64,000 bases of DNA from an uncultured Candidatus Saccharibacteria bacterium (GCA_964536135.1 CAZHVM010000001.1:29268-93267), one strand, 5' to 3'; shown: positions 38,750 to 49,511, counted from the first letter of the stretch. A program made the numbers and translations. The notes: generated by a model from the sequence alone, not told the origin.

Positions 38750-39909
38750 ATTCCTGCCTTTATAAATATCTCCATCCAGTCACTCTTAGTTGGAATCTTA
38801 CCTGCTTTAGGTATTAATCCCTCATCCACCCATTCGCACTGCTTAAAACTAATTTTCCCCGAATATAATTTCTGATACAAAGTAGAATCCTCTTCTAATT
38901 TCTTCATTACTTTTCTTAATCCTCTGAAATAAACAACATCCTTTGCATAAATACCAGGATATGAAGTGTCCGACAAACCTCTCTTCACCCTATATGCTAT
39001 ATCAAAGGCCCCTAGTTTAGAGAAATTACCCAAAAGTACATTGTAAAGCTGTCTAAATGACAGCTCCTCTCCGACATATATAGCCCATGCTAAACCTGCT
39101 TTATTTTTTAGTGATTTCTCAGGTAAAAGACCCATATTATTCTCATTCCATGAAGCTAATCCCTCCTCTATATCTAAATAGCTTGCAAGATTTGGTTTAC
39201 TTATAGCCTCAAATCCACTCTTTTGGCCATAGTACGAACGAAGAGCATGAGTGCCTACCTCATGTATCAAAGTCTTTCTAAGTTGAAATCTACTCTTACT
39301 AATATTTCCATCCACAAGTACTTCCTTCCTCTTAACCCCTACTTTAACTCCATTCTTAGCGATATTTAAAGACTTATTTACAGACCAACCCTCCAGCCCT
39401 AATTCTTTAAATACAACATTAAAAACAGAAACTATTCTGTCATACCCCAACATTTCTGGATCTTTCTCGTTATCTTCCTTTGCCAAATTATATTTCCCAT
39501 ATTTGCCTCGCAGGACTCTAGCTGAATTTCTAAAAAGCTTAGCCGAAGGTTTACCATACCTAGCGACAGAGATATCTGTTACTGCTTCATTGTTCCCTAC
39601 TGCATGCATAAGATCACTTGCTTCTCTCTTTGAATCTATAAGATCTATGTAAAAATTCGAAATCCTTGGATCTACATCTGAGATCTCTTTTACAGCTGAA
39701 AGTTCTTTAAGAATTTCTCTGTTTTTGTTTTTTACTATCCTATATTGAAATTGAGGCTCATATGTCTCTGAAGCAAAAAACTTTTTCTTCTCTGAATTCA
39801 AATTGGTTGGAGTAAATACTAATGCAATTGGAATTTTTAACTCTCCAAGGAGCTTTGTTACTTCCCCCACTTTCATAGTTTTCTTGGCTTTTCTAAAGAA
39901 TATATTCAT
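38746..39909 (-). CDS. DUF1704 / MATCAP-family zinc metallopeptidase
   Basis: HEVGTH (HExxxH), EEGLA, RVKRG and KD.VY.RG motifs. Confidence 0.85.
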   Translation of the reverse strand: MNIFFRKAKKTMKVGEVTKLLGELKIPIALVFTPTNLNSEKKKFFASETYEPQFQYRIVKNKNREILKELSAVKEISDVDPRISNFYIDLIDSKREASDLMHAVGNNEAVTDISVARYGKPSAKLFRNSARVLRGKYGKYNLAKEDNEKDPEMLGYDRIVSVFNVVFKELGLEGWSVNKSLNIAKNGVKVGVKRKEVLVDGNISKSRFQLRKTLIHEVGTHALRSYYGQKSGFEAISKPNLASYLDIEEGLASWNENNMGLLPEKSLKNKAGLAWAIYVGEELSFRQLYNVLLGNFSKLGAFDIAYRVKRGLSDTSYPGIYAKDVVYFRGLRKVMKKLEEDSTLYQKLYSGKISFKQCEWVDEGLIPKAGKIPTKSDWMEIFIKAGI

Positions 39910-39943
39910 AGTTAATATTTACATAAATGGAAATAAAAAGGAA

Positions 39944-40963
39944 CTATCTTCTAAACTCTCGGTTAAAGGTAAACTTTCTATCTCCTGCTGCAAGAAGTTC
40001 CAGAGCTATACCCGTGCCTTTTGCTACACAAAATGCTGGATCATCTGCTACATGAGATGGAACACCTGTTGCTTTAGTGAAAAGTCTGTCTAGATTTCGC
40101 AACATTGCCGTACCACCACTCATTACCATACCTCTGTCAATAATGTCTGCAGAAAGTTCTGGTGGAGTTTTCTCCAAAACTGATTGTATACTCTTTATGA
40201 TACTTCTAAGAGGTCTTTCTACTGCTTTGGCTATATCGTTTGAGTCTACAACAATGGATTTTGGCATACCTGCGCCAACATCTCTACCTCTTACTTCCAT
40301 TTCTTTTGGATCTTTTACTTCAAGTGCTGAACCAATCTTAATCTTTACTCTCTCTGCCGTCTGTTCCCCAATTAAAAGACCTTTCTTTTTTCTCATATAC
40401 ATAATGATTGCTTCATTTATGGCATCTCCTGCTACTCGTAGAGAATCGTATTCTACAATTCCGTCTAATGACATAACTGCTACCTCTGTTGTTCCACCAC
40501 CCATATTTATAATCATGTTACCTGAAGATGTATGAATTGGAAGCTCTGCTCCAAGTGCAGCAAGAAGTGGCTCTGGCATAAGGGTTATCTCTTTAGCTCC
40601 CACAGCATTTGCAGCCTTAAGAACAGCTCTTTCTTCCACAGAAGTAATTCCGGCAGGTACGCTTATTACCACATCTGGTTTAAAGAACCTAGATTTACCA
40701 AGTGCCTTATCAAAGAAAAATCTTAGTAATGCTTCAGTCACTCTAGAATCTGCTATAACTCCATTTCTAAGTGGTCTTTTAGCAACAATATTCTCGGGGG
40801 TTTTTCCAATCATTTCTTTAGCTTCGTTACCTACTGCTACTACAGTAAATTTGTTCACATCTATAGCAACAACTGTTGGTTCTACAAATACTATACCCTC
40901 CCCCTGAACAAAAACCACAGAGTTTGCAGTACCTAAATCAATACCTAATTTCTTTGCAAACAT
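39944..40963 (-). CDS. mreB: Second MreB/Mbl paralog
   Basis: GIDLGTANS, EPTVVA, GGGTTE, LEKTPPEL. Confidence 0.93.
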   Translation of the reverse strand: MFAKKLGIDLGTANSVVFVQGEGIVFVEPTVVAIDVNKFTVVAVGNEAKEMIGKTPENIVAKRPLRNGVIADSRVTEALLRFFFDKALGKSRFFKPDVVISVPAGITSVEERAVLKAANAVGAKEITLMPEPLLAALGAELPIHTSSGNMIINMGGGTTEVAVMSLDGIVEYDSLRVAGDAINEAIIMYMRKKKGLLIGEQTAERVKIKIGSALEVKDPKEMEVRGRDVGAGMPKSIVVDSNDIAKAVERPLRSIIKSIQSVLEKTPPELSADIIDRGMVMSGGTAMLRNLDRLFTKATGVPSHVADDPAFCVAKGTGIALELLAAGDRKFTFNREFRR

Positions 40964-40981
40964 AATAATTCAATATTATAA

Positions 40982-41962
40982 CTAGAATCCCATAGCTTCT
41001 AAAACTCTTGCCTCTGTCTCAGATGCTACTCGTTGGGCGTTTTTCTCTCCACTTTCCAAGAGATCGTAAATATATTCATCCCCTTTCCTATCTATTTCTG
41101 CTCTCTTTGCTCTAATTGGTTCCAAGAATGTTTCTATTGCGTTGAACAGTTTTGTCTTTACCTCTACATCACCAACGTTACCTTTTTTATACCTCTCTTT
41201 CAAATCTAAAATCTCTTCTTTATTTGGATTAAAGTAATCATGGTATATAAACACGGGATTTCCGTCCACTTCGCCAGGATCATTAGGATGTATTCTGTTT
41301 GGATCTGTGTACATAGACATAACCTTTTTCCTTACTGTCTCTGTATCGTCCGTAAAATATATGCCTCCTGTAGATTTTCCACTTTTCCCCTGCCCATCAA
41401 GACCAACCACGATATCTCCAATTAACCCCTTTGGTACATTGAAAACTTTCCCATATAAAGAATTAAAACTTAAAGCCAAATCATGAGCAATCTCAACATT
41501 CGCTTCGTTATCCTTCCCAACAGGAACAAGATCTGCATTCATTATTAAAATATCTGAAGCCATTAAAACAGGATATCCCATCAATCCATAAGTAAGCTTA
41601 TAGCCTAAGCCGAGCTTTTCTTTTAACATTGGCTGTCTTTCTAACTCAGGCATTTTAATTAACATTGAAAGAATAGTATTCAATCTATAGATCTGAGGAA
41701 TACGAGATTGTCTATAAAAAGTAATAACCTTCAGATCTAGTCCAAGGCTTAAATAAGTCCTCATCAAATTTAAGGTGTTTTGCTTTATCTCAGACACATT
41801 ATCGAAATGTGTCGTCAAGGCGTGATAGTCAGCAATAAAAATAAAGCTGTCAAAATCGTACTGCCTATCTATTCTATTTTTCAGGGTACCTACATATGCA
41901 GCAATTGGGAAAGTCCCTCCTGTCGCCCTGTCCCCTGTTAAAATTCTTTTCTTATCATTCAT
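40982..41962 (-). CDS. trpS: Tryptophan--tRNA ligase-like protein with degenerate signature motifs
   Basis: TGDR.TG, IADYHALT, YPVLMASDIL, VPVG.D, MYTDP; HIGH and KMSKS altered. Confidence 0.85.
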   Translation of the reverse strand: MNDKKRILTGDRATGGTFPIAAYVGTLKNRIDRQYDFDSFIFIADYHALTTHFDNVSEIKQNTLNLMRTYLSLGLDLKVITFYRQSRIPQIYRLNTILSMLIKMPELERQPMLKEKLGLGYKLTYGLMGYPVLMASDILIMNADLVPVGKDNEANVEIAHDLALSFNSLYGKVFNVPKGLIGDIVVGLDGQGKSGKSTGGIYFTDDTETVRKKVMSMYTDPNRIHPNDPGEVDGNPVFIYHDYFNPNKEEILDLKERYKKGNVGDVEVKTKLFNAIETFLEPIRAKRAEIDRKGDEYIYDLLESGEKNAQRVASETEARVLEAMGF

Positions 41963-42010
41963 AGCTTACATTCTAACAAAATTATCTTGTATTATGCTAT
42001 ACTTTTCGAG

Positions 42011-43537
42011 ATGTTAGAAGAACATAAAAATTTAAAAGACAAAATCATCCCCGTTCTACTTTCCATACTCTCCTCTATCATTATATTACTAGGAGCGGCA
42101 ATAATCTATCTATATTCAAGTGGATACAGAATAGATATATTTAAAAGAGAAATAAGTATAACTGGAGTCATAACGATACAGAGTGATCCAAATTTGGCAG
42201 AGATGTATATAAATCAGGAGAATGTTGGAAGAACACCAAGAAGCCATGTACTGAAAGTGGGAGATTATGACATCTCACTAAAGAAAGAAAGTTATAAAGA
42301 TTGGAACAAGAAAATTACTGTTGCTGAAGGAAAATCAACTCCGTTATTCCCATTTTTAGTTTATGACACAACCGCAAGTAAGGAAAAATGGCAGTCTGAT
42401 GGATTGATTGAGAAAATTTGGATGAATGAGACAAGAAACAATATCCTCTTCTTACAAAAAGATTCCAACTCTTCCTACTCGCTATGGGAATACACTATAA
42501 ATACCCCTATATGGGATTTCTCCACAAACCCTTCAAAAATACTCTCTCTAGAGTCAAATAAGATTGCTATAAGTATTTCTCCCAATGGACAGAGAGCAAT
42601 TCTAACCAGTACCGCTTCTGATACGACTTCATTCTACCTTCTCAATACTCAACAATTAAACACCCTAGGAAGTTCTAATCAATTGCCTTTTGGAAGCTAT
42701 TCTAAATCTACAATATCTTGGAGTAAAAACAATCGATATATTGTATTCGATTCTTCTAAAGAACTTCTCTCATACGACATTGAAAAACAAACATTTACAA
42801 CTCTTCTTAAAAAAGATGCTTCTCAAAAGTATATCTGGGATACAGATACAGAAGGTTCTCTATATATAATCGCAGAGATTTTAAGTGATGAGTTAGAAAA
42901 TATCTACACCTACTCCCTTACGCAAAAATCTCTTGCCGGAAACAATACAAAAACTATCATTGAAAAAATATACTTGCAAGGATCTGAAGAGTATATCAAA
43001 GAGTACAGAGATGCTGATGGTATTTGGCAAGAATTTACAAATTCTCCAGAGAGCACACAAAGCTCCGGAGAGATAAATGATTTAGATGTAAACGTAAGTG
43101 CGAAGGGTATGTATATATCAACCTCATTTGCATCTTACTGGTACTTTATTGATACCTCCAAATTTCTTATGATTTCCCCATATCCAACAGAATTACTCTC
43201 CTACTCCCCAGACTCTACAAAATTAGGATACAAGGATCTCAAAGGCTATCAGCTCTTTACCTTTGATAAAGAAGAGGAAGACCATACTGTGAGAATCGGT
43301 TCGAAGATCATAAATAACGTGACAAATAATTTCTTCTGGCTATCAGACTCGACATACATTTACTTCAAAGACGGAAATAATATATTTATATCTGACAAAG
43401 ATGGCGACAACAAATATTCATTAACAGAATCCACAAATATTCTTGAGTACTCAATAAACAACGCTCGAGATATCCTCTATACCTTCGAAAAGAATAGTGA
43501 TGGTAAATTAACCATTGTTGAGAATAAATTTCACTAA
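42011..43537 (+). CDS. PEGA-domain membrane-anchored protein with beta-propeller-like repeats
   Basis: TM-GYR, I.S.P..A...IN....G.TP...G.Y...L.K..Y..W; SP.G / WS repeats. Confidence 0.8.
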   Translation: MLEEHKNLKDKIIPVLLSILSSIIILLGAAIIYLYSSGYRIDIFKREISITGVITIQSDPNLAEMYINQENVGRTPRSHVLKVGDYDISLKKESYKDWNKKITVAEGKSTPLFPFLVYDTTASKEKWQSDGLIEKIWMNETRNNILFLQKDSNSSYSLWEYTINTPIWDFSTNPSKILSLESNKIAISISPNGQRAILTSTASDTTSFYLLNTQQLNTLGSSNQLPFGSYSKSTISWSKNNRYIVFDSSKELLSYDIEKQTFTTLLKKDASQKYIWDTDTEGSLYIIAEILSDELENIYTYSLTQKSLAGNNTKTIIEKIYLQGSEEYIKEYRDADGIWQEFTNSPESTQSSGEINDLDVNVSAKGMYISTSFASYWYFIDTSKFLMISPYPTELLSYSPDSTKLGYKDLKGYQLFTFDKEEEDHTVRIGSKIINNVTNNFFWLSDSTYIYFKDGNNIFISDKDGDNKYSLTESTNILEYSINNARDILYTFEKNSDGKLTIVENKFH

Positions 43538-43541
43538 GATA

Positions 43542-43615
43542 CGCATCCGGCCGGAATCGAACCGACAACCTACGCGTTAGGAGTGCGTTGCTCTGTCCTT
43601 TTGAGCTACGGATGC
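43542..43615 (-). tRNA. tRNA-Arg(CCT)
   Basis: GCATCCG acceptor, CT-CCT-AA loop, GGTTCGATTCC. Confidence 0.95.
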
Positions 43616-43702
43616 ATGTATAAATATACCACATTTCCAGAAGTAATTTAATTAGCTATGGGATAATAGATATTGTCATTTAATGGTATAATTAAGGTTG
43701 CT

Positions 43703-46555
43703 ATGGAACAAGAGTATATAAAAATAAAAGGAGCAAGAGAGAACAACCTTAAGAATATATCAGTAGATATACCCAAAAACAAGCTTGTGGTATTTACTGG
43801 TGTATCTGGAAGTGGTAAATCTACGCTTGCATTTGACACCCTCTATGCAGAAGGTCAAAGAAGATACGTTGAATCTCTATCTTCCTATGCTAGACAGTTT
43901 CTAGGAGTAATGAAGAAACCCGATGTAGATTCAATCACAGGACTCTCTCCAGCAATATCCATAGACCAGAAAACAACAGGTACAAATCCTCGCTCTACAG
44001 TCGGAACCATTACAGAAATATACAATCATCTTCGACTACTCTATGGGCATATAGGACAACCCCACTGTCCAAGGTGTGGTTCCCCAATTCAATCACAAAC
44101 CATCCAACAAATAACAAATAAAGTGATCAAAGAGATCTCCAACACCTCTGAGGTTACACAGGTTGTTTCACCCATCATTAAAAACAGAAAAGGCGAATTT
44201 ACCGCTCTTCTAAGCAAACTCCTCTCGAAAGGCTTTTTAAGGGTCATTATAGATGGAGATACATACCTTCTTGACGATATAGAGGACATAAAACTAGAAG
44301 AAAACAACAAACATACAATAGATTTAGTAATAGATAGAATAGATTCCACCAAATTAGATAGAAAAAGACTCACAGATGCCATTGAACTAGCAATTACACA
44401 GTCAAATGGTGAAGTAAAGATATTACTTAAAGATAAAGAGCTATTCTTCTCAGAAAACAATACATGTCCGAAATGTGAGATATCCTATCCAAAGATCACT
44501 CCAGCATCCTTCTCTTTCAATGCTCCAGAGGGCGCATGCCCTAAGTGTGCAGGGCTAGGTGTTTTGAAAGAAATTGATGTAAATTTAATATACAACCCTG
44601 CCTTAACAATACTAGAGGGTGGCATCTTCCCATGGAGTAACAGAACTAGCAAAGATTCTTGGACATTGCGAATACTTCAAGGAATAGCTAAAGAACATGG
44701 TTTTAACCTTACTACACCAATCGGTAAATACCCAAAGGAAATTTTCGGCTTGATTTTCTATGGGAATGGCACAAAAGAGGCATATACAATTGAATACACC
44801 AATAGATTTGGTAGAACTAGACTCTATGAAGCCGAATATGAGGGAGTCATTCCAGAATTAGAGAGAAGATACAAGGAAACATCCTCGGATTATGCTCGAT
44901 TCGAGACAGAGAAGTACATGAGAGAGAACGTATGCCCTGTGTGTGAAGGAAAACGACTTAAACCCTACTCTTTAGCAGTTACTATCGATGGTAAGAATAT
45001 AGATGAAATTACCAATATGCCAACAAAAGATGTCTTAACATTCTTCAAAGCACTAGAGCTAAAAGGAAGTAAGAAAGACATTGCAGAACCAATAATTAAG
45101 GAAATTAATCAAAGATTAAATTTCTTAGAGAATGTCGGTTTAAACTACCTTTCGTTATCTAGAAAAGCCAATACACTCTCAGGTGGAGAATCACAAAGAA
45201 TTAGACTAGCTTCTCAAATAGGTACTGGACTTTCAGGAGTCCTCTATGTGCTAGACGAGCCATCTATTGGCCTTCACCAAAGAGATATCTCAAAACTCAT
45301 AACCTCCCTAAAAGATTTAAGAGATGGAGGAAATAGCATAATTGTAGTTGAACATGACGAAGAAATGACAAAGAGTGCCGACTGGATTTTAGATATTGGG
45401 CCATTTGCGGGTAAGCATGGTGGAAGCGTAGTTGCCAAAGGTACTTTAGAAGATATTAAGCACAGCGACTCGTTGACTGCGAAGTATCTCAACAAAGCCC
45501 TCTCTGTCGGGCAAGACATTCCTCAATCAATTCCAAGCACTAGCGGGAAAGAGATTTCTTTAATGGGTATAAAAACTCACAACTTAAAGAACTTAGATCT
45601 AACTATCCCACTAAACCAGCTAATTTGTATCACAGGTGTTTCTGGCAGCGGCAAGTCTTCACTGATAGCAGATACGCTTTATCCAGTACTAGCAAATAGA
45701 ATATCAAGGTCTAAGCTTCAAGAAGGAAAATATGACTCAATTGAGGGTTTAGAGAATGTAAATCAGGTAATTAATATCGATCAGTCTCCTATCGGAAGAA
45801 CTCCTCGCTCAAACCCGGCCACATACACAGGTGTATTTACCCAAATAAGAGAAATCTTCGCCCAAACAAACGAAGCACAAGCCAGAGGATACAAAGCTGG
45901 TAGATTTAGTTTCAATGCAAAAGGTGGAAGATGTGAGAAATGCCGTGGTGACGGCGTTTTAAAGATAGAGATGCAGTTCTTGCCAGACATGTACATAACC
46001 TGTGATGAGTGTAATGGTAGCCGATACAATGACGAAGCACTTCAAATAGATTTTAAAGGTAAAAATATATCTGAAATTTTAAAAATGACAGTCGAAGAAG
46101 CTTTAGAGTTTTTCAAAAATATTCCCTCTATATATCGGAAGCTTTCTGTTCTCAACGAGGTCGGTCTTGGATACATTGAACTCGGGCAATCAGCTCTTAC
46201 TCTATCTGGTGGAGAATCCCAGAGGGTAAAGCTTTCCAAAGAGCTTTCTAAGATGTCTCGAGGGCATACTTTATACATCCTTGATGAGCCTACTACAGGG
46301 TTACACTACTACGATGTAGATAAATTGTTAGTAATTTTAAGAAACTTGGTAAAAAAGGGTCACACAGTAATCACGGTTGAACATAATATGGATATTGTCC
46401 GACACTCAGACTGGATAATTGATCTCGGACCGGAAGGTGGAGACCAGGGAGGCTACATTATTGCTCAAGGGTCAGTGTCAGATATCATAAAAAACAAGCA
46501 AAGTTGGACTGGAAAATATCTTAAAAAATACATTGGTGAAACTTCACGGGAGTAA
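43703..46555 (+). CDS. uvrA: Excinuclease ABC subunit A
   Basis: Two GVSGSGKS motifs, LSGGE, DEP, zinc fingers. Confidence 0.98.
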   Translation: MEQEYIKIKGARENNLKNISVDIPKNKLVVFTGVSGSGKSTLAFDTLYAEGQRRYVESLSSYARQFLGVMKKPDVDSITGLSPAISIDQKTTGTNPRSTVGTITEIYNHLRLLYGHIGQPHCPRCGSPIQSQTIQQITNKVIKEISNTSEVTQVVSPIIKNRKGEFTALLSKLLSKGFLRVIIDGDTYLLDDIEDIKLEENNKHTIDLVIDRIDSTKLDRKRLTDAIELAITQSNGEVKILLKDKELFFSENNTCPKCEISYPKITPASFSFNAPEGACPKCAGLGVLKEIDVNLIYNPALTILEGGIFPWSNRTSKDSWTLRILQGIAKEHGFNLTTPIGKYPKEIFGLIFYGNGTKEAYTIEYTNRFGRTRLYEAEYEGVIPELERRYKETSSDYARFETEKYMRENVCPVCEGKRLKPYSLAVTIDGKNIDEITNMPTKDVLTFFKALELKGSKKDIAEPIIKEINQRLNFLENVGLNYLSLSRKANTLSGGESQRIRLASQIGTGLSGVLYVLDEPSIGLHQRDISKLITSLKDLRDGGNSIIVVEHDEEMTKSADWILDIGPFAGKHGGSVVAKGTLEDIKHSDSLTAKYLNKALSVGQDIPQSIPSTSGKEISLMGIKTHNLKNLDLTIPLNQLICITGVSGSGKSSLIADTLYPVLANRISRSKLQEGKYDSIEGLENVNQVINIDQSPIGRTPRSNPATYTGVFTQIREIFAQTNEAQARGYKAGRFSFNAKGGRCEKCRGDGVLKIEMQFLPDMYITCDECNGSRYNDEALQIDFKGKNISEILKMTVEEALEFFKNIPSIYRKLSVLNEVGLGYIELGQSALTLSGGESQRVKLSKELSKMSRGHTLYILDEPTTGLHYYDVDKLLVILRNLVKKGHTVITVEHNMDIVRHSDWIIDLGPEGGDQGGYIIAQGSVSDIIKNKQSWTGKYLKKYIGETSRE

Positions 46556-46746
46556 ACACGATAGCCACATCTTTACTATCACAAAATGACTGGGTGTAAA
46601 AAATAACCCCAATTTGTATTTTCTTTTACTTAAAAATGCTTTTTGAGCAAAAACTGTTGAAAATGCAAAAACTTCAGATCTGTGTAAGTTCAGATAGTTT
46701 TAACGAAATCTTCATTACTCTTTTTTGAAATTTCCTGATGTTCCAC

Positions 46747-46989
46747 TTAGTACGATACTGAAAACACCCATTCTTCCTTACTTTCTTTTCCACAGATAAT
46801 ACACTTGCCCGAGGAGCCGACACCCTCTTTTGTGAGACATCTGGTGGTAGCCTTGGTTTCACTCTTAATCTTCTCCTCACACTCATTGTTACCACACCAA
46901 TGTGCTAGTACAAATCCCTTTTCATTGCTTAGGACACTCTTTAGCTCTTCATATGACCCTACTCTATGGGTTTTTGATACTAACCACAG
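46747..46989 (-). pseudogene. proS: Orphan C-terminal Zn-binding domain of archaeal/eukaryote-type prolyl-tRNA synthetase
   Basis: Frame missing from the ORF track: LWLVSKTHRVGSYEELKSVLSNEKGFVLAHWCGNNECEEKIKSETKATTRCLTKEGVGSSGKCIICGKESKEEWVFSVSY*; no ATG/GTG/TTG at its 5' end. Confidence 0.75.
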
Positions 46990-46990
46990 C

Positions 46991-48364
46991 TTAAACTATC
47001 TTTCCCTCAAAGCCCCAATGCTGCGCAGCTTTGGCAAGTGCAGAATCTGGATTTTGGAGTATCCACTCATCTATTTTTCCTCTGCCCAACGCAATATCTT
47101 TGGCCTGCACTACCGCTTCTACACCAGCCTCTATACCCCATGGATGTCCTAACACTCCACCACCACACTGTATGATTATGTCCTCACCAAGTTGTTTAAT
47201 TGACTCATCAATAGTGCCTGGATGAAGACCACCAGAAGCTACATGCCATACTGGCTTCATGCCATACCAATTCTGCCCTAGTGTCATTGAACTTGCTGGC
47301 GTTACATCTAACTGTAATGTGTCTCTAATCAATTTTGGCTCTCCATAGTTTTCCATCTTAGTTTTTGGAGCACCACCATGTATTGAATCCACACCTAAAA
47401 GACGCATTAGCTTAGCAATAACTACCATAGACATTGAGAAATCAGCAATAAAGCCTTTGTCATATACTCCAGCACCAGAATCCCTATCAAAAAGACCATG
47501 CATAGCCCTATGTGCATGTATAGCCAATCCAGGATTTTTCAATCTCATTGTATGAACAGCAGAAAATCCAGTAACAACGACATCCAACATCATCCATCTT
47601 CCACCCTGTGCCTTTATACGATCTGTTCTCTCAATCATTGTATCAAAGTTAGAATGAGTAACATTACAAAGGTAGAACTTCTTTTTCCCAGATTTCTTCT
47701 CAATATCTCTTTGAACAGCATGTACAAGATCGCATCTGTCTTCAAATTTGTTAAAAAACAAGCTTGTTAGGTTCTCATCATCCTTAATCCCATGGTAATC
47801 ACCATTTGCAGCAGTAAACAGTACCTTTGCTAATTCGGCCTGCTCTTTGGCTGTTCTACCAACTTTTGGCTTAGGTACAGTACAAAGCAAAGGTCCCTCT
47901 TCCAGTTGCATTTGCTCCCTTACTCCACTGATACCAAACTGTGGACCAGGGAAAGATTGCACAATGGCTTTAGGAAATCGAACATCTAGACATCTAAAAG
48001 CTTTAAGCATCTTCATTCCATCTATATTCCCAACTATACCTGCTAGAAGACCAGACATATTTCCAAGCTCAAAAAGTTCTTTTTTGTAGGCTATCTTGAA
48101 TGTTTTTGTCTTTGGCTCAAGATCAAAAGCTATCGCTTTCATTTTGTCAGCCATCTTTACACCTGAGTTTTTTCCAGAATACACACCAGTCCACGTACCA
48201 GTAGAACTCTCAGCTGCACATGCAGCAGCTACATCCTCAAATTTATCCATACCGATACCATCGGCAAGCTCGATATCTAAAAAGGATATTATGTAGTCCT
48301 CATCGGGATTTTTTGGCTTCCATCCCTTAGGAGCAACATATGATGAATGATTTGAACTAAACAT
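46991..48364 (-). CDS. rbcL: RuBisCO large subunit, form III-like
   Basis: AAESSTGTW, PKPKVG (catalytic Lys), KDDEN, HAHRAMH, loop-6 K(ME), SGGLHP, GGG..GHP. Confidence 0.92.
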   Translation of the reverse strand: MFSSNHSSYVAPKGWKPKNPDEDYIISFLDIELADGIGMDKFEDVAAACAAESSTGTWTGVYSGKNSGVKMADKMKAIAFDLEPKTKTFKIAYKKELFELGNMSGLLAGIVGNIDGMKMLKAFRCLDVRFPKAIVQSFPGPQFGISGVREQMQLEEGPLLCTVPKPKVGRTAKEQAELAKVLFTAANGDYHGIKDDENLTSLFFNKFEDRCDLVHAVQRDIEKKSGKKKFYLCNVTHSNFDTMIERTDRIKAQGGRWMMLDVVVTGFSAVHTMRLKNPGLAIHAHRAMHGLFDRDSGAGVYDKGFIADFSMSMVVIAKLMRLLGVDSIHGGAPKTKMENYGEPKLIRDTLQLDVTPASSMTLGQNWYGMKPVWHVASGGLHPGTIDESIKQLGEDIIIQCGGGVLGHPWGIEAGVEAVVQAKDIALGRGKIDEWILQNPDSALAKAAQHWGFEGKIV

Positions 48365-48448
48365 TGGCAGTAAATCTATATATTATACATCTACATATTA
48401 AATCAAACCTCTCCTTTTGTAAAATACCTATCTAGGATATAATGCGGT

Positions 48449-49450
48449 ATGTTTAAAAAATTCGTAGAAAAATATAATCTCCCTTCCTTTAGACTAAAAC
48501 AATTACAAGAGCAGTACTTCATACACAATATCTCCTCTTGGGACGAGCTTACTACATGGTCTAAAGATATGAGGGAAACATTAAAGAAGGAAGTCCCCTT
48601 TTCAAAGCTTGGAAATCTACAAGAGTTTAGCTCCAGTGATGGGAGAACAGTTAAGCTTCTCTCCTACACATATGATGGGTATCCAGTAGAGACAGTTCTA
48701 ATGAGAAACAAGGATAGAATAACCATTTGCATAAGTAGCATGAGTGGTTGTCCTGTTGGATGTAAGTTCTGTGCAACAGGAAGGATGAAGAACAACAGAA
48801 TCCTTGATGAACAAGAGATAATTGACCAGGTGATGTATTTCAAAAGGAAATTAGCAAAGAAAAACGAGAGTGTTACAAACATCGTTTTTATGGGTATGGG
48901 AGAGCCTTTGCTTAACTTGGACAATGTTTTAAACGCAATTAAGATACTTACAGATCCCGAGTTAATTGGACTGGGTAGAAGAAGAATTACTCTTTCTACA
49001 GTTGGATATATAGAACAATTGAAGGAATTCTTTAAAGCAAATACAGGTGTAAAGATAGCAATTAGTCTACATGCACCAAACCAAAGGCTAAGAGAGTTCC
49101 TGATGCCAAAAGTAGCTAAGGACAACAGGTTAGATGACTTAATGAAGGTATTAATTGACTACCAAAAGAAAAAGGGTAAAAAGGTTACATACGAGTATAT
49201 CCTCATAAAGGATGTAAATGATTCAGCAGAACATGCAAAGGAGTTAGCAAAGTTGCTTAAGAACCAGATTTGTTTAGTTAATCTGATTAATTTTAATAAG
49301 TCAGATAATATTCCTTTTGAAACTACAACAAAGAGAAGGGTTGAGGATTTTCAAACTATTCTTAATTCAAGAGATATTAACAATACACTAAGATATTCCC
49401 ATGGTAATGATATATTAGCTGCTTGTGGACAGTTGGCAAGTATTTCATAA
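48449..49450 (+). CDS. rlmN: Radical SAM 23S rRNA methyltransferase RlmN
   Basis: CISS..GCPVGCKFCATG, FMGMGEP, SLH, AACGQL. Confidence 0.95.
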   Translation: MFKKFVEKYNLPSFRLKQLQEQYFIHNISSWDELTTWSKDMRETLKKEVPFSKLGNLQEFSSSDGRTVKLLSYTYDGYPVETVLMRNKDRITICISSMSGCPVGCKFCATGRMKNNRILDEQEIIDQVMYFKRKLAKKNESVTNIVFMGMGEPLLNLDNVLNAIKILTDPELIGLGRRRITLSTVGYIEQLKEFFKANTGVKIAISLHAPNQRLREFLMPKVAKDNRLDDLMKVLIDYQKKKGKKVTYEYILIKDVNDSAEHAKELAKLLKNQICLVNLINFNKSDNIPFETTTKRRVEDFQTILNSRDINNTLRYSHGNDILAACGQLASIS

Positions 49451-49511
49451 ACTTAAGTTTGATTTCATTAAGAAATCATTTTCCAGAAAAATGTTGTGAT
49501 AAGATTTGTGC

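Noticed and set aside
46674-46895. 73-aa ORF from the ORF track
   Set aside because: The overlapping frame encodes a recognisable ProRS C-terminal domain; this ORF is its shadow.
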